Source: the human T2T-CHM13v2.0 reference genome, Homo sapiens
DNA: 64,000 nt
NCBI RefSeq assembly: GCF_009914755.1
Contig: NC_060933.1
Strand: one strand, 5' to 3'
The notes under the pieces were generated by a model. That model had not been told where the DNA came from. It did no database searches and was given only the letters and a program-made list of their open reading frames with translations. A program made the translations under genes and the position numbers. Positions within the stretch are counted from its first letter, which is position 1. Each line of letters opens with the position of its first letter. Of this stretch, positions 38,929 to 52,141 are shown in pieces.

Positions 38929-40029
38929 GGGTTGTAAACTATAGGTAATATTAGTACAATTTGAAATAGCTTTGCAAATATTATTTTTTACTCCCAAAGT
39001 ACATAGGGAATACCCAGAGAAATTGGCATTATAATTATTTTGATTTTCTTTACCAGCAATCTGTTAACTTTCTGCAGTTCAGTATTCTTCCCCAACTTAA
39101 AAATTCAAGCTACAATCCAAAACAGAAGGGTTAAAGCAAGCAAATTTCTTGGAGATCTCATTCTAGAAAGTAATTAAAAGAATGCGGTCCATGAGTATGT
39201 AAAAAGAAACCAAAACAAAGGAGAAGACAAGAATCCCAAATGTTTTGATTAAGCTCAACATTCTTAGGTAAAGGGATACTTAATGCTCTATTAATACCCT
39301 GCCCACAGAGGCATCACTCTACAGAAGCCAAGGATCTCTTCTCAACTGCAAACTCACTGATGCTGAGACGGTCACTTCTCTTGTTAAGCCTCCAACTTTC
39401 CCTCATCATTATGGGAGGGAGTTGGAATTAGATTAGTTCTCTCAACCCAGTTCTAACATTCTGTGCATCTGTGAGCCTAAGTAAGTGTTGAATATCTTTA
39501 ATGTGACAGATTATTTTTTTCATAACTGCTATTCTCCTGACTTTTGTGTAACTTTTATACATTGTAGACAAGAAAAAGATACCAAACAGAAAGTAAATAA
39601 CAAACTAATTCCAACTTTCCATTCTCATTTCACTGCCAATTCTGCAGAAAGCCTTCTGTAGAAATCTGATGCAGACCATGAAAACTCACTGCAAGTGTTC
39701 CAGGGTCTTACCCGTATTTGGCCATCCTGTGTTTTCCACTGGCAGTCATCAAAAAGAAATAAAATAATGGGAACTCATATCAACACTGATGGGAAAGAAA
39801 TCCTTGAACATTTTTTCCCTTACTATATGAAACTTCAACCATATACAAAAGCACCATTAAAGGTTAAACGCTAAAGGCAACATATTCCTGTGCACAAGAG
39901 AACATAACACAAATAATATACAATGCCATCATTATGGACATACACATATACACATATGGTCTCAAAATGTATTCAGAGATAGTGACTGGATTAAATATGA
40001 GGTCAGTAGAGAATATAGTTTTTGTATAG

Positions 40030-40354
<325 letters not shown>

Positions 40355-41419
40355 AATAGAACATGTTTTTAAAAGACATACTCAACATATATATCTGTCC
40401 TCCTCCCCGCCCCCTACATATTTAATTCATCCCAGTCATTTCCCCAATTAGTTTTCCCCTATGTTTATTTTAGAATTAGTGATTTTTGGACAGAAGTTAA
40501 TCTCTATACAGACACCTATGTCATGGCCCGAAAGTACTAAGCCTTGTTTTTGGCAGCTTGTGGCATTGAGTAGGGAAAGTGCTCAGTCATACAAGAGGAG
40601 AATAAAGAGTGAAACTTGGAATAGGACCTTATGTACAGTTCTTAATTCCAAAAGAAGGGAAGAATGAAGGACCTCACAGATGAATCAATGGTAGGACAAT
40701 TCACCGGTTACTGGCTGCCCTCACTTTACCAGTATTTTAGGCTATAAAGTATGCTTGAATAGCTGCATCACACTCTGATTGGACATACATACATAAGCAC
40801 AGATTTACCTTCTTGGAATTGTTTTATATGGTGATAATAGGCATAAAGAAAGGGAACTATGAACCCATGTCTCCTCCAAGTTGAAGACATTTATTAGAGT
40901 ACAGATTTAACCAAAACCAAAAATGATGCATTCGTTCATACCAACTGAAACTATATCTTACCATTCCTGTTTGCTAAAGAAAAAAAAACAAGGCTGTCTC
41001 TGAATAGAGTGATAGCATATCTACATAGTCCTTTCAGGTTAAGTCTTGTCAACAGACTTTAGTGTTCACTCACTAAAAGCAAATCAACTCATTTAGTGTT
41101 TCAGGAAACATCTCTTCCTTTCATTACCATTAAAGAAATTGTAGCACTTGTTGGATACACTACTCTTTAGAATGACATTCTTATACTTATTTATAATAGG
41201 ACCTGTTATTTTAAATGCAAACTTATAATATGTCAAGCTTCAGAACAAATACCCAGTGTGTTTTTGGAAATCACGTGGTTTAGAGTTTTCAGATTTGGAC
41301 TCAGACTTGCATCTCAAACATTGCAATTTGGGCTTATTAAATGATTTCCTTGCAACCAAGAAAAAATTGCTCATCTGAATTTAGAATCCAATTAAATTAA
41401 TATGATAGTGGTTGATGAA

Positions 41420-41690
41420 GCAAAGTAGCATAGAGGTTAAGTTCATGTGCTCTGGAGCTGGGCAGTCAGAGTCTGAATTTCATTTCTACCATTTATAGCT
41501 GTGTGATCATGGGCAAGTTACTTAACCTCTCTGTGCCTCAATTTCTTCATCTGCACAATGGTGATGAATAATAGTACCAATATCACAGAGTGACTGTAAG
41601 GAATGAATAAGTTAGTAATATTTTTAAGCTTAAAGCAATCAATGCTTGGCTTATAAAATAATTTTTAAATGATAGCAATTATTAGTATTA
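41420..41690 (+). mobile_element. MIR, near full length
   Basis: GTAGCATAGAGGTTAAG...GCTCTGGAGC...AGCTGTGTGATCATGGGCAAGTTACTTAACCTCTCTGTGCCTCAATTTCTTCATCTG. Confidence 0.9.
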
Positions 41691-43029
41691 GTAAAATAAT
41701 ATTCCTATAGTATTTATCAAATTATCTGAAAATAATAATATGGGCCTGTTATTTCAGTAGTTCTATTTGTTGGCTACATAGATTAGGTAAACTCATCTTG
41801 TTTAATCATAAAACAAAAAGAATAAACAGTTTTTTTAGCCTTGTTAAGGAACCCAAGTCACATAATTCAGAAATGTTTCTGACTGGCGGCATCTGCTTTG
41901 GCTCTGTCATGGCAAGAGAATGTTTATTGTTCCAGAAAGCGAAATCCTCATATTTGTGTAGCATAAAAGAAAAGCCCTTAATAAGATATATTTCCATAGG
42001 TACAATAGTGCCACATATAGTGGAAAATTACCTCTTCTAGGTTCAAATGTTCTGATTCAGAGCTGTCATTGCCTATTATTAGGCAGCAGGAAGGCATAAG
42101 TAAGAACTACGCATGTTTGTCATTAGATCCATCTACAACATTGATACTGTCAATCAGCCTCTGACAGCACCTTCCCCCAGCATCTTCCCCCCTGTGCCCC
42201 TTTGAGCATGCTCTGATGGAGTCTACCATCAGTGTGGTGAGAGTTTACTGTGTTTATAAGTGTGCAAACAAATTGAAGAGCAAAGTTAATAAATATTGAC
42301 CAAGTTTGTGACAGTAAATGCTAGGGAAATAGTTAAATATATGGATACAAGGGGACAGGCAAATACTCACTTGGCATGAAACCAGTAAAAATGCTTCTTG
42401 GTAAACAAAAAGTCCACCTTGTAAACAAAAAGAAATGAAAAGTTTGCCAAAAATGAAGCCCAGTGTAGTGCTACTGTAACCTGACCACAGTATTAAATAA
42501 ACACCCACGCATGCACAACACACAAAAGGAAGCCCTCTTCACGCTAATGCCCCAAGCACTTTAATGGGTCTCTAGATTTGGTAGACAAAGTAGAGTGATA
42601 GATGCCCTCTATGAGCTGGGTCCATCAAACAAGCGTGGCACTAACAGAAGAAGAAAGGAGTAGCTCCGACAACATGGGCAATTGCATGCTCAAAGCAGTC
42701 CTCAGACAATGAGTAAGTTAGTAGATACAAACATAAACTAAATCTGTTAAGTTTTTGGTTTTGTTGACTGTAGCAAAAAAACAGATAGAGAAATGCAGAG
42801 GCATAGACTTCTCAAACCCTGGGAAGAGCACTCTTATTCTCTCATTTAGAACTTCAGTTGCCAAAGTCATTGAGCCATCGTTATTGATTGTTCTACAGGA
42901 CAAAGTCCTTTCTGTTATTCAGGGAGAATATTTCTGCAAATATCTCTGGACTGAAGTTTTAAGACATATTTTGAAAACATGACAGTTGTTTATAAAATAA
43001 AGTGATTTTCTTTTCTCATTAAAATCCAG

Positions 43030-43310
43030 TTATTCGCAGGAACAGAAAGCCAAATACCGCATGTTCTCACTTACAAGTGGGAGCTAAACACTGAGTAGAC
43101 ATAGACACAAAGAAGGGAACAATAGACACTGGGGCCTACTTGAGGATGGAGGAGTGGGAGCAGGGTAAGGACTGAAAAATTCCCTGTCAGGTACTATGTT
43201 CATTACCTGGGTGACAAAATAATCTGTACACCAAATCCCCATGAAACACCACCCATGAAAGAAACCTGCACGTGTACACCTGAACCTCAAATAAAAGTTG
43301 AAAAGGAAAA
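43030..43310 (+). mobile_element. L1PA15/16-like 3' end, heavily 5'-truncated
   Basis: CAAATACCGCATGTTCTCACTTACAAGTGGGAGCTAAACA...ACCTGGGTGACAAAATAATCTGTACACCAAA...CTGAACCTCAAATAAAAGTT. Confidence 0.9.
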
Positions 43311-44157
43311 TGAATAATTAAATTAAATCTAGTTATTTGTAATCCTTGCCAAAGAAAGCCACAGAAACAAAATGGAGTAACATCTGTTAAAAGATATTTT
43401 CTTCCAATGAAAAATATGTCTTTAAAAATGTCATTGTCATGTGAATCATATATCCTAAGAAATTGAAATAGCTTCATGGTCCTTGAAAAGGTTAACCAAG
43501 ACACTAGACTTGTACACAAATACACATATACATGGAGAGAATGGGAGTACAACTAAAAGACCACCCCAAATCCCCTTTTATAAATAGGCAGACAAAGCTC
43601 TCATTCACAATACTGGCTTGTTGGGAGAAAAACATCCTCACACAGGCAGAGAAAAACCTATAGTACATACCAGTTCCATTAAACCTAATTCAATGAATAA
43701 ATAAATGACTTAATAGGTAGATAAGAAGAATCAATAAAACTGAGAAAAAAACAGAAAAATTATATCAAAACAACCAAGTATACAAACAGAAAAGCAAATT
43801 CCAAAAAAAAACAGGAATAATTCAGAAGACCAAATATAATTAGGTCAAAACCAGAATAAAGCAAAGGCCTTAATTAGAATTAATAGGAAATTATAGGGGA
43901 ACATCTTATTGGTTTTTCTCGTATACTTATGGCAGAGAAATGCTAACTTAAAATATATAGGTGTGTGTGTATATATATGTGTGTGTGTGTGTAAGCATAC
44001 AAAATGTATGTATTTCAAATATACACACTAATATTTAAATATAAATATATACACATATATATATAAATATACATATATATATATGGAGGATGGATAATAC
44101 AGGAAATATAATATTGTTATAAAGGCATTCCAGAAATAGAGGAGAGAGTAAGTGTAT

Positions 44158-44707
44158 TGTATTAGCTTCCTGTTGCTGTATTATCAAGTTAACTCAAACT
44201 TAGTGACTTAAAATGACACCAATTTATTATCTGTCTTACAATTCTGTAAATTAGAAGTCCAACGTGTGTCTCACTGGACTGAAATCCAGGTGTCAACAGG
44301 GCTGCATTCCCTTTTGGAGGTTCTAGAGGAAAATCTATTTCCTTGACTTGAAAAAGTCTTCTACAGACTGCACTTGTTATTCTACTCAATCTCTTTATCT
44401 TCAAGTCTATCAATGGCAGGTTGAGTCCTTCACTACATCATTGACCTTGCTTCCATTGTCACCTTTTATTCACTGACTCTTCTGCCTCTGTCTTTTAAGG
44501 ATTTTTGCAATTACATTAGGCCCACTTGGGTGATCCATGATAATCTTCTAATCTTAAGGTCAGCTGATTAGCAACCATAATTCCATTTGGATCTTAATTT
44601 CCCTTTGCCATGTAACAACATTCTCACATCTTCTAGGGATTAGGCTATCTCTCTCTTTTTTTGTGGGGAGTGGGGCAGCGGGGGCTGCTATTATTCAGAC
44701 TACTACA
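44158..44707 (-). mobile_element. MLT1D-like MaLR solo LTR
   Basis: TGTATTAGCTTCCTGTTGCTG...GGGCTGCATTCCCTTTTGGAGGTTCTAGAGGA...CTTAAGGTCAGCTGATTAGCAACC...TATTCAGACTACTACA. Confidence 0.88.
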
Positions 44708-44712
44708 GGTAG

Positions 44713-45599
44713 ATCCAGAATCTACAAAGAACTTAAACAAATTTACAAGAAAAAACTAACCCCATCAAAAAGTGGTAGAAGGATATGAACAGACACTTCT
44801 CAAAAGAAGACATTTATGTGGCCAACAAACTTATGAAAAAAAGCTCATCATCACTGGTCTTTAGAGAAATGCAAATCAAAACCACAATGAGATACCATGT
44901 CATGCCAGTTAGAATGGCGATGATGAAAACATCAGGAAACAACAGATGCTGGAGAGGATGTGGAGAAATAAGAATGCTTTTACACTGTTGGTGGGAGTGT
45001 AAATTTGTTCAACCATTGTGGAAGACAGTGTGGAGATTACTCAAGGATCTAGAACCAGAAATACCATTTGACCGAGCAATCCCATTACTGGGTATATACC
45101 CAAAGGATCATAAGTCATTCTACTATAAAGACACATGCACATATATGTTTATTGCAGCATTGTTCACAATAGCAAACACTCGGAACCCACCCAAATGCCT
45201 ATCAATGATAGACTGGATAAAGAAAATGTGGCACATATACACCATGGAATACTATTAGCCATAAAAAAGAATGAGTTCATGTCCATTGCAGGGAAATGGA
45301 TGAAGCTGGAAACCATCATTCTCAGCAAACTAACACAGGAACAGAAAACCAAACACTGCATGTTCTCACTCATAAGTGGGAGTTGAACAATGAGAACACA
45401 TGGATACACGGAGGGGAACATCACATACCAGGGCCTGTCAGGGGGTGGGGGCCTAGGAGAGGGATAGCATTAGGAGAAATACCTAATGGGGATGACGGGT
45501 TAATGGGTGCAGCAAACCACCAAGGCACGTGTATAACTGTGTAACAAACCTGCACGTTCTGCACATGTATCCCAGAACTTAAAGTATAATAATAAAAAA
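44713..45599 (+). mobile_element. L1PA7/8-like 5'-truncated element (ORF2 C-terminus and 3' UTR)
   Basis: ORF 44785..45258 encodes the ORF2p Cys-rich tail ([36 protein letters not shown]); 3' UTR ends CCCAGAACTTAAAGTATAATAATAAAA. Confidence 0.95.
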
Positions 45600-46028
45600 G
45601 ATATAATCAAAGGAAGATTTTAAAAATTATTCAGAGCAGAAGGTAAATATGTTTTTTAGTTTACAAGGTTGTATTAACTGTAGAGAAGGTTAAGTGGTGG
45701 GAATTACTTATCAAGACTTCATTTGGCTTTGACCTTCAGAAGATGAAATGGAAATACAAAAATTTAAAACTTTCTAGATAAAACAAACAAAGATTGCATA
45801 CAAAGCAACAACACAAAATATTAAAATTAAATTTCTCAGTAGTATTCGATACTATAAGGAAATAAAAAAAATCCTTCCAAATTTAAGGAAAAGTGATTTT
45901 GAATATAAACTGTACAAGAAGCAAAATCATAACTTACATGTGAAAAGTTAAATTTTTTTCACATCCAAGGATTAAAAAATATACAACCCCATCAACTCAG
46001 AAAGAAAATTGAAAAAAAAATTCTGAAA

Positions 46029-47547
46029 TAGTCACATGTTGCTTAACAATGAGGATACTTTCTGAGAAATCTGTCATTAGGCAATTTTATCATTGTGTGA
46101 ACATCATAGAGTGCACTTACACAAACAGATGGTATAGCCTACCGCACACCTAGGCTCTATGATATAGCCTATTTCTCTCAGGCTACAAACCTGTACAACA
46201 GGTTTCTGCATTGAGTAGTGTAGGCATTTGTAACACAATAAATATTTGTGTGTACATACAAATACATCTATAAATAGAAAAGGTACAGAAAAATATGTTA
46301 TAAAAGATAAAAATAGTACAACTGTATGGGGCACTTACCATGAATGTATCTTGCAGGAATTGAAGTTGCTCTGGGTGAGTTAGTGAAGGAGTGGTGAGTG
46401 AATGTGAAGGTATAGGACATTACTGTACACTACTGTAGACTTTATAAACATTGCACAGTTATCTACTTGTATTAGTCCATTCTCAGGCTGCTAATAAAGA
46501 CATCCCCAAGACTGAGTAATGTATAAAGGAAAGAGGTTTAATTGACTCACAGTTCAGCATGGCTGGGGAGGCCTTAGGAAACTTACAATCATGGTGGAAG
46601 AGGAAGCAAACACGTCCTTCTTCACATGGCAGCAGGAAGGAGAATGAGCGAAAAGAAGTGGAAAGTCCTTACAAAATCATCAGATCTTGTGAGAACTTAC
46701 TCACTATCATGAGAATAGCATGGGGAAAACCATCTCATAATTTAAGTAGCTCACACCAGGTTTCTCCCACCACATTTGGGGATTATGGGAACTACAATTC
46801 AAGATGAGATTTGGGTGGGGAGACAGCCAAACCATATCACTACACTAAATTCATTAAAATTTTTTTCAATAATAAATTAACTTTAGCTTACTGTTTTCTT
46901 TATTAAAATTTTAAATTTTTTAACTTTCTTAATGTTGTAATAACACAGCTTAAAACAAATATATGTGTAGCTATACAATATTTTTCTTTAAATTCTTATT
47001 CTATAAGCCTTTTTATTCACAAAACTTTAAAAAAAAAACTTTTCTGTTAAAAGCAACTACATACATTAGCCTAGATCTACAGAGGGTCAGAATCATCAAT
47101 ATCTTTATCTTCCACCTCCACATCTTGTCCCACTGATAGGTCTTTAGGGTAAATAATATGCAGGGAGCTGCCATCTCCTGTGATAACAATGCCTTCTTCT
47201 GGAAACCACTTGAAGGACCTGCCTGAGGCTGTTTTACAGTTAACATTTTTTTATGAGTATACTCTAAAATAAGATAACAAGCATAGCATAGTCAATAAAT
47301 AAACCAGTAACATAGTTCTTATTATCATTTTCAATTGTTATGTATTATACATAATTGTATGTGCTAGACTTTCATAGGACTGCAACTTAGTTGGTTTGTT
47401 GACACCAGCATCACCACAAACAGTTGAGTAACACATTAAGTTATGAAATTATGATGGTTATACTGTCACTTTGTGATAGGAATTTTTCAACTCCATTATA
47501 ATCTGATGGGGCCACTGTCGATGATGGAAATGTGCTTACATACTGTA
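46029..47547 (-). mobile_element. Tigger3b-like DNA transposon, interrupted by THE1
   Basis: AGTCACATGTTGCTTAACAATGAGGATACTTTCTGAGAAATCTGTCATTAGGC...GAAGGACCTGCCTGAGGCTGTTTTACAGTTAAC...GATAGGAATTTTTCAACTCCATTATAATCT. Confidence 0.85.
46468..46839 (-). mobile_element. THE1C/D MaLR solo LTR
   Basis: TGTATTAGTCCATTCTCA...GAGATTTGGGTGGGGAGACAGCCAAACCATATCA; 5-bp TSD CTACT / CTACA. Confidence 0.95.
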
Positions 47548-47969
47548 CTTGGAAAAAACAAAATTTTCAAATGTACAAACCATTCAACTTAGAAAAAAAT
47601 TACAAAAATTTGCTTAACTTTTCAAACAAAAAAGAGATGCAAGAAGGAGACTGTCATGACAAGTTAGATGCATCGAGTGCAGAAAACTAACAACAAAGCT
47701 TGATATAAAATTAAGATTTGTTACTCTGTCGATAGAATGTTTCCCTTCAGGAGCACTACTTCAGTGATGTGAGCTTATACTTTTTTTTTTTTCCGTTGGG
47801 TCTAAGCTTGCTACTTCTTAATGTACAATACAATATACAATATTTTAATTGTTAATATATCATAAAAATATAGTGCGTAATACATGATATATATCATATG
47901 TAATGTTTAATATATGATATATATGTTATATATGTATATAAAACTTAAAATATCTAGTATACAATATGA

Positions 47970-48420
47970 AATATGGACACCTTGAGATCACAGGGTACAA
48001 TACCAGAGAGGATAGAGTTACACAGAGGGAGAGACCTCTAAAGCTTACAGAGGTCCCATTTGTATTCTCAGCTGAGTACTGATAAGCACATGCCTATGAG
48101 GAAAACAATCGAAGGCAGAGAAAGAACCACTTAAAGCATTAGAAGAAAGAATAGACACTAATAAGAGTGAAAAACCTTAAGGTTTAACATTCTCATTGAA
48201 AGGCGGAGGTTTTCAAATTAGATAAAAGAGGAAGATCTCACTACATATTATGTAAAATAAACCACTGTAAGTATAAAGCACAAGTAGTTTGAAAGTAAAA
48301 AGATGGAAAAAATGTGTACTATGCCTTCAGAAGAAGTTCAGAAGAAGGCATAGTTCATCAAGACTCAGAACTGTACACTAAAAGACAGAATTTTACTGCA
48401 TAAAATTCATACAATAATTT
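47970..48420 (+). mobile_element. Rearranged old L1M remnants (5' region, ORF2 start, 3' end)
   Basis: TTCTCAGCTGAGTACTGATAAGCACATGCCTATGAGGAAA (L1M 5'-like), GAAAGTAAAAAGATGGAAAAA (EN-region-like), GAACTGTACACTAAAAGA..ATTTTACTG (3'-like). Confidence 0.6.
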
Positions 48421-48557
48421 CATCAATGAAAAAATACATCTTATCCTTAAAAATAGTATTTGAGATTTTAAATAATGCAAGCAGAAGGATAAATACAAAT
48501 CCTTATAATAATATCTGTGATTTTTTTAAAAAGGTAAAACTAAGAGCAAGTAGAAAG

Positions 48558-48856
48558 ACCAATACTTAACAATTTTTTACTTTACAGTGGTGCAAAACTC
48601 TATTTTTTAATATAATGTACAGTATCCAATAAATTACAAATGCTATTCAACACAATTATAAAATAGCATTTGAATTAGATGATTTTATCCAATTTTAAGC
48701 TAACGTAAGTGTTCTGAGCACATTTAAGGTAGGTTAGGTGATGCTATGAAGTTTAGTAGGTAAGGTATATTAAATGCATTTTTCAATTTACAATATTTTC
48801 AACTTAATGATGGATTTATTTGGATGTAATGCTATCATAAGTCAAGGAACATCTGT
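48558..48856 (-). mobile_element. MER47A-like (Tigger5-derived) MITE
   Basis: GCTAACGTAAGTGTTCTGAGCACATTTAAGGTAGGTTAGG...ATTAAATGCATTTTTC...TAAGTCAAGGAACATCTG followed by TA. Confidence 0.85.
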
Positions 48857-50274
48857 ACAAAATATTGATGCCTTGAAACACTTGAAAGTTTGTTATAAAT
48901 GCTTTTCCAACTTGTCACTGTCCCACATTGTTTGTCAGTCTTAAGTTTTAGTACCACTAATTTTCATCTTTATCTACTTTAAGAGTATTTGTGCACAAAG
49001 TTGGGAAAAGGCATGCAAGCCAGATGTCATGTTCAGCTGTAAAAGTTTCAGTGAAGTTTTTGGCGGAAAATAAGGACAAAGTAACAATGAACTTAGCAAT
49101 GCAATTCAGATCAAATGCTGTGGCAGTCATTTGAGTTATGACTTAATTCACTTTTTGAAAAGTTCAAAGGGAAAGAAATGATTTCACAATTTCTGGACTG
49201 TAAGAAGCGTATGGATAATCAGTCACCCTTGGTTATGTCCATACCCTCTGGTTTTCTTCCCCTATTCCCCACATGGGGCATATTTTCCACAGTGGGTGTT
49301 GAATAAAAGTTAGTGGCATGAATAAATGAATATCGCAAAGTAATATAAAACAAACAGATGACTTTGCTCAAATGAATGTCCAAACCGTGATAATCTGATT
49401 GGCCAAATGACTGGGTTAAAAGCCAGTACTCATTTTTATGAATTGTTCATTCATGAAATTGTGTTATACCATCTCTTATATTTCCTATATCCAGTTTCAT
49501 CAGTTGGCAAAAATTTAAGAATCTTTTTCCTACCTGATAGTGGGAGTAAACGTATATTTTCTTTTCTTTGTCTACCTTGTAGCTGGATGGGGCTCTTTTC
49601 CCACCTATGGGCTTAGTGGCTTTAGCCATCTTCAGGCTCCAGTCATTAAAAGTCAACTTATTTCCCTTTGTTCTGGTACCAGTGTGTGAGCTAGGGACTG
49701 ATATTTTCCCAATTTACAATAATTAAATACTATCCTCAAGTCTATGCACAAAATTAAAAAAATGATATTTTAAAGGAAACAATTAAAAGGCATTGTCTAG
49801 ATCACTTAGTATGAGCAGAGTTCCCCAATGTATCTTTTAGCCATGAAACCTAGCATTTAGGAGTGTATTATATTCTTTTCCTAATTAATAAATCCAAACT
49901 TTATTTCTCAATCGGCTATTTGTGTCATTTTTTTGTTCATGAGTCAAAACCTAAGAATGGATGAGGCATCAGTAGCATGGTGTATTGAACCCTAATATAA
50001 GAGTTCTCCAATCTGAGATTCTGTATAGGCAACATAGGCAACAGCGCCTTTATTGGCCAGGATCATGCAGAGGTGGCTCTTACACTTTATTTAAAACTCA
50101 TCTCAAAACAGAAAGATATGAATGCTATAGACAATTTATTTCATTTCATTTTATAATTTTATTAAGGTATTATTGAGATATATTAAATTGCAAATATTTA
50201 AAATTAACAATATGATGTGTTATAACATTTGTAGCTCCTCATAAAATCATTATCATGTTCATAATAAAGATTAT

Positions 50275-50545
<271 letters not shown>

Positions 50546-50942
50546 GATGATGAACATATCCATCAACCCCCAAAATTTCCTCATGTCCTTTTATAATTTC
50601 TCCCTCTACTTCTTCCTTGCACCTGTCCTGCCCAAAGGGAGCTGCTAATCTGCCTTTGGTCACTTTAAATGAGTTTGCATGTTTTCATATTTTATATAAC
50701 TTTGTAGAATGATATAGTATACTCTTTATTTTCTGGCCTCTTTTACTTAGTATAATTATTATATTTATCAATGTTGTTCAGGTATAGATAGTTCATTCCT
50801 TTTTATTTCTGTATAGTATTCCATTGTATGGATATGTTGCAATTTGTTTATCTAGTCACCTCTTGAGAGAATACTTTTTGGAGATGGGGATGACATCGAG
50901 TCTATAGATAAATTTAGAGTCATTTGAGCAATTTATAGCTTG

Positions 50943-51052
50943 TTACATTGGTACAAAAGTAATTACTAATACTTTTAATGGCAAATTAAAAGTTTTTGGT
51001 TTTGCCATTACTTTTAATGGCAAAACCTGCAATTACTTTTACATCAATCTAA
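50943..51052. mobile_element. MADE1 (Hsmar1 MITE) with an internal duplication
   Basis: TTACATTGGTACAAAAGTAATTA...TTTGCCATTACTTTTAATGGCAAAACCTGCAATTACTTTTACATCAATCTAA; mariner-type terminal inverted repeats. Confidence 0.85.
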
Positions 51053-51591
51053 TTACAATATTGAATTTCCAAACTATAAAATGTTATATTTCTCAATTTA
51101 TTTAAATATTTTCACTTTTCTAAGCAATGTTTTATCATTTTATTTTAACAGGGCTTGCAATTATTTTGTCAAATTAACCCCTTAGCATTTTATAATTTTG
51201 ATCTATTTTAAGTGGTATTGATCTTTTCAGTTTGTTTTTCAGTTCATTCATTTTCTAATTTAAAATTTTATATGCTTGTATATAAAACTAAAATTAATTT
51301 GTGTCCTTTAAACTTATATGCTGTGATATGGCTAAATTTACTCATATTCAGTATTTTGGGAGGTAGATTTCTTAGGATTTTTTATGCACATAGTCATAAT
51401 CCACCTCTTATTTATTTTCTTGCCTTATCACATTGGTGAGGACCTGGAGTACCATGGTAATTAGGAGTAGTAGAAACAGTCTAACTTGCTCAGTTCCTGA
51501 TTTTAGGAGGGAAATGTTCACTCTTTTACCATTAAGGTATAGGGTTTTCTTAGACATTTTTCCAGAAAGGGTTTTCTTAGACATTTTCCCT

Positions 51592-52141
51592 TGTTTCCAG
51601 AAAGGGGTTCCGATCCAGACCTCAAGAGAGGATTATTGGATCTCATGCAAGAAAGAATTCAGGGTGAGTCCAGAGTGCAAAGCAAAAGCAAGTTTATTAG
51701 GAAAGTAAAGGAATAAAGAATGGCTACTCCATAGACAGAGCAGCCCTGAGGGCTGCTGACTGCCCATTTTAATGGTTATTTATTGATTATATGCTAAACA
51801 AGGGATGGATTATTCATGCCTCCCCTTTTAGACTATATAGGGTAACTTCCTGATGTTGCCATGGCATTTGTAAACTGTCATGGGGCTGGTGGGAGTGTAG
51901 TAGTGAGGACCATCAGAGGTTACTCTCGACACCATCTCAGTTTTGGTGGGTTTGGCCAGCTTCTTTACTGCAGCCTGTTTTATCAGCAAGGTCTTTATGA
52001 CCTGTATCTTCTGCTGACCTCCTATCTCATCCTGTGACTTAGAATGCCTAACCATCTGGAAATGCAGCCCAGTGGGTCTCAGCCTCATTTTACCCAGCCC
52101 CTAATCAAGATGGAGTTGCTCTAGTTCAAATGCCTCTGAAA
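51592..52141 (-). mobile_element. MER41 (MER41A-length) ERV1 solo LTR
   Basis: GGGGTTCCGATCCAGACCTCAAGAGAGG...GGGTAACTTCCTGATGTTGCCATGGCATTTGTAAACTGTCATGG...CAAGATGGAGTTGCTCTAGTTCAAATGCCTCTGA; ~550 bp. Confidence 0.92.

Noticed and set aside
44785-45258. 157-aa ORF as a cellular CDS
   Set aside because: It is the C-terminal part of L1 ORF2p within a 5'-truncated L1PA.
45977-47612. Weak ~40-bp similarity on both sides of the Tigger3b
   Set aside because: A-rich and low complexity; Tigger elements duplicate only TA; cannot be separated from chance.
51592-52141. Interferon-inducible MER41 STAT1 enhancer
   Set aside because: The length fits MER41A rather than MER41B, and I did not find a clean TTCNNNGAA tandem site.
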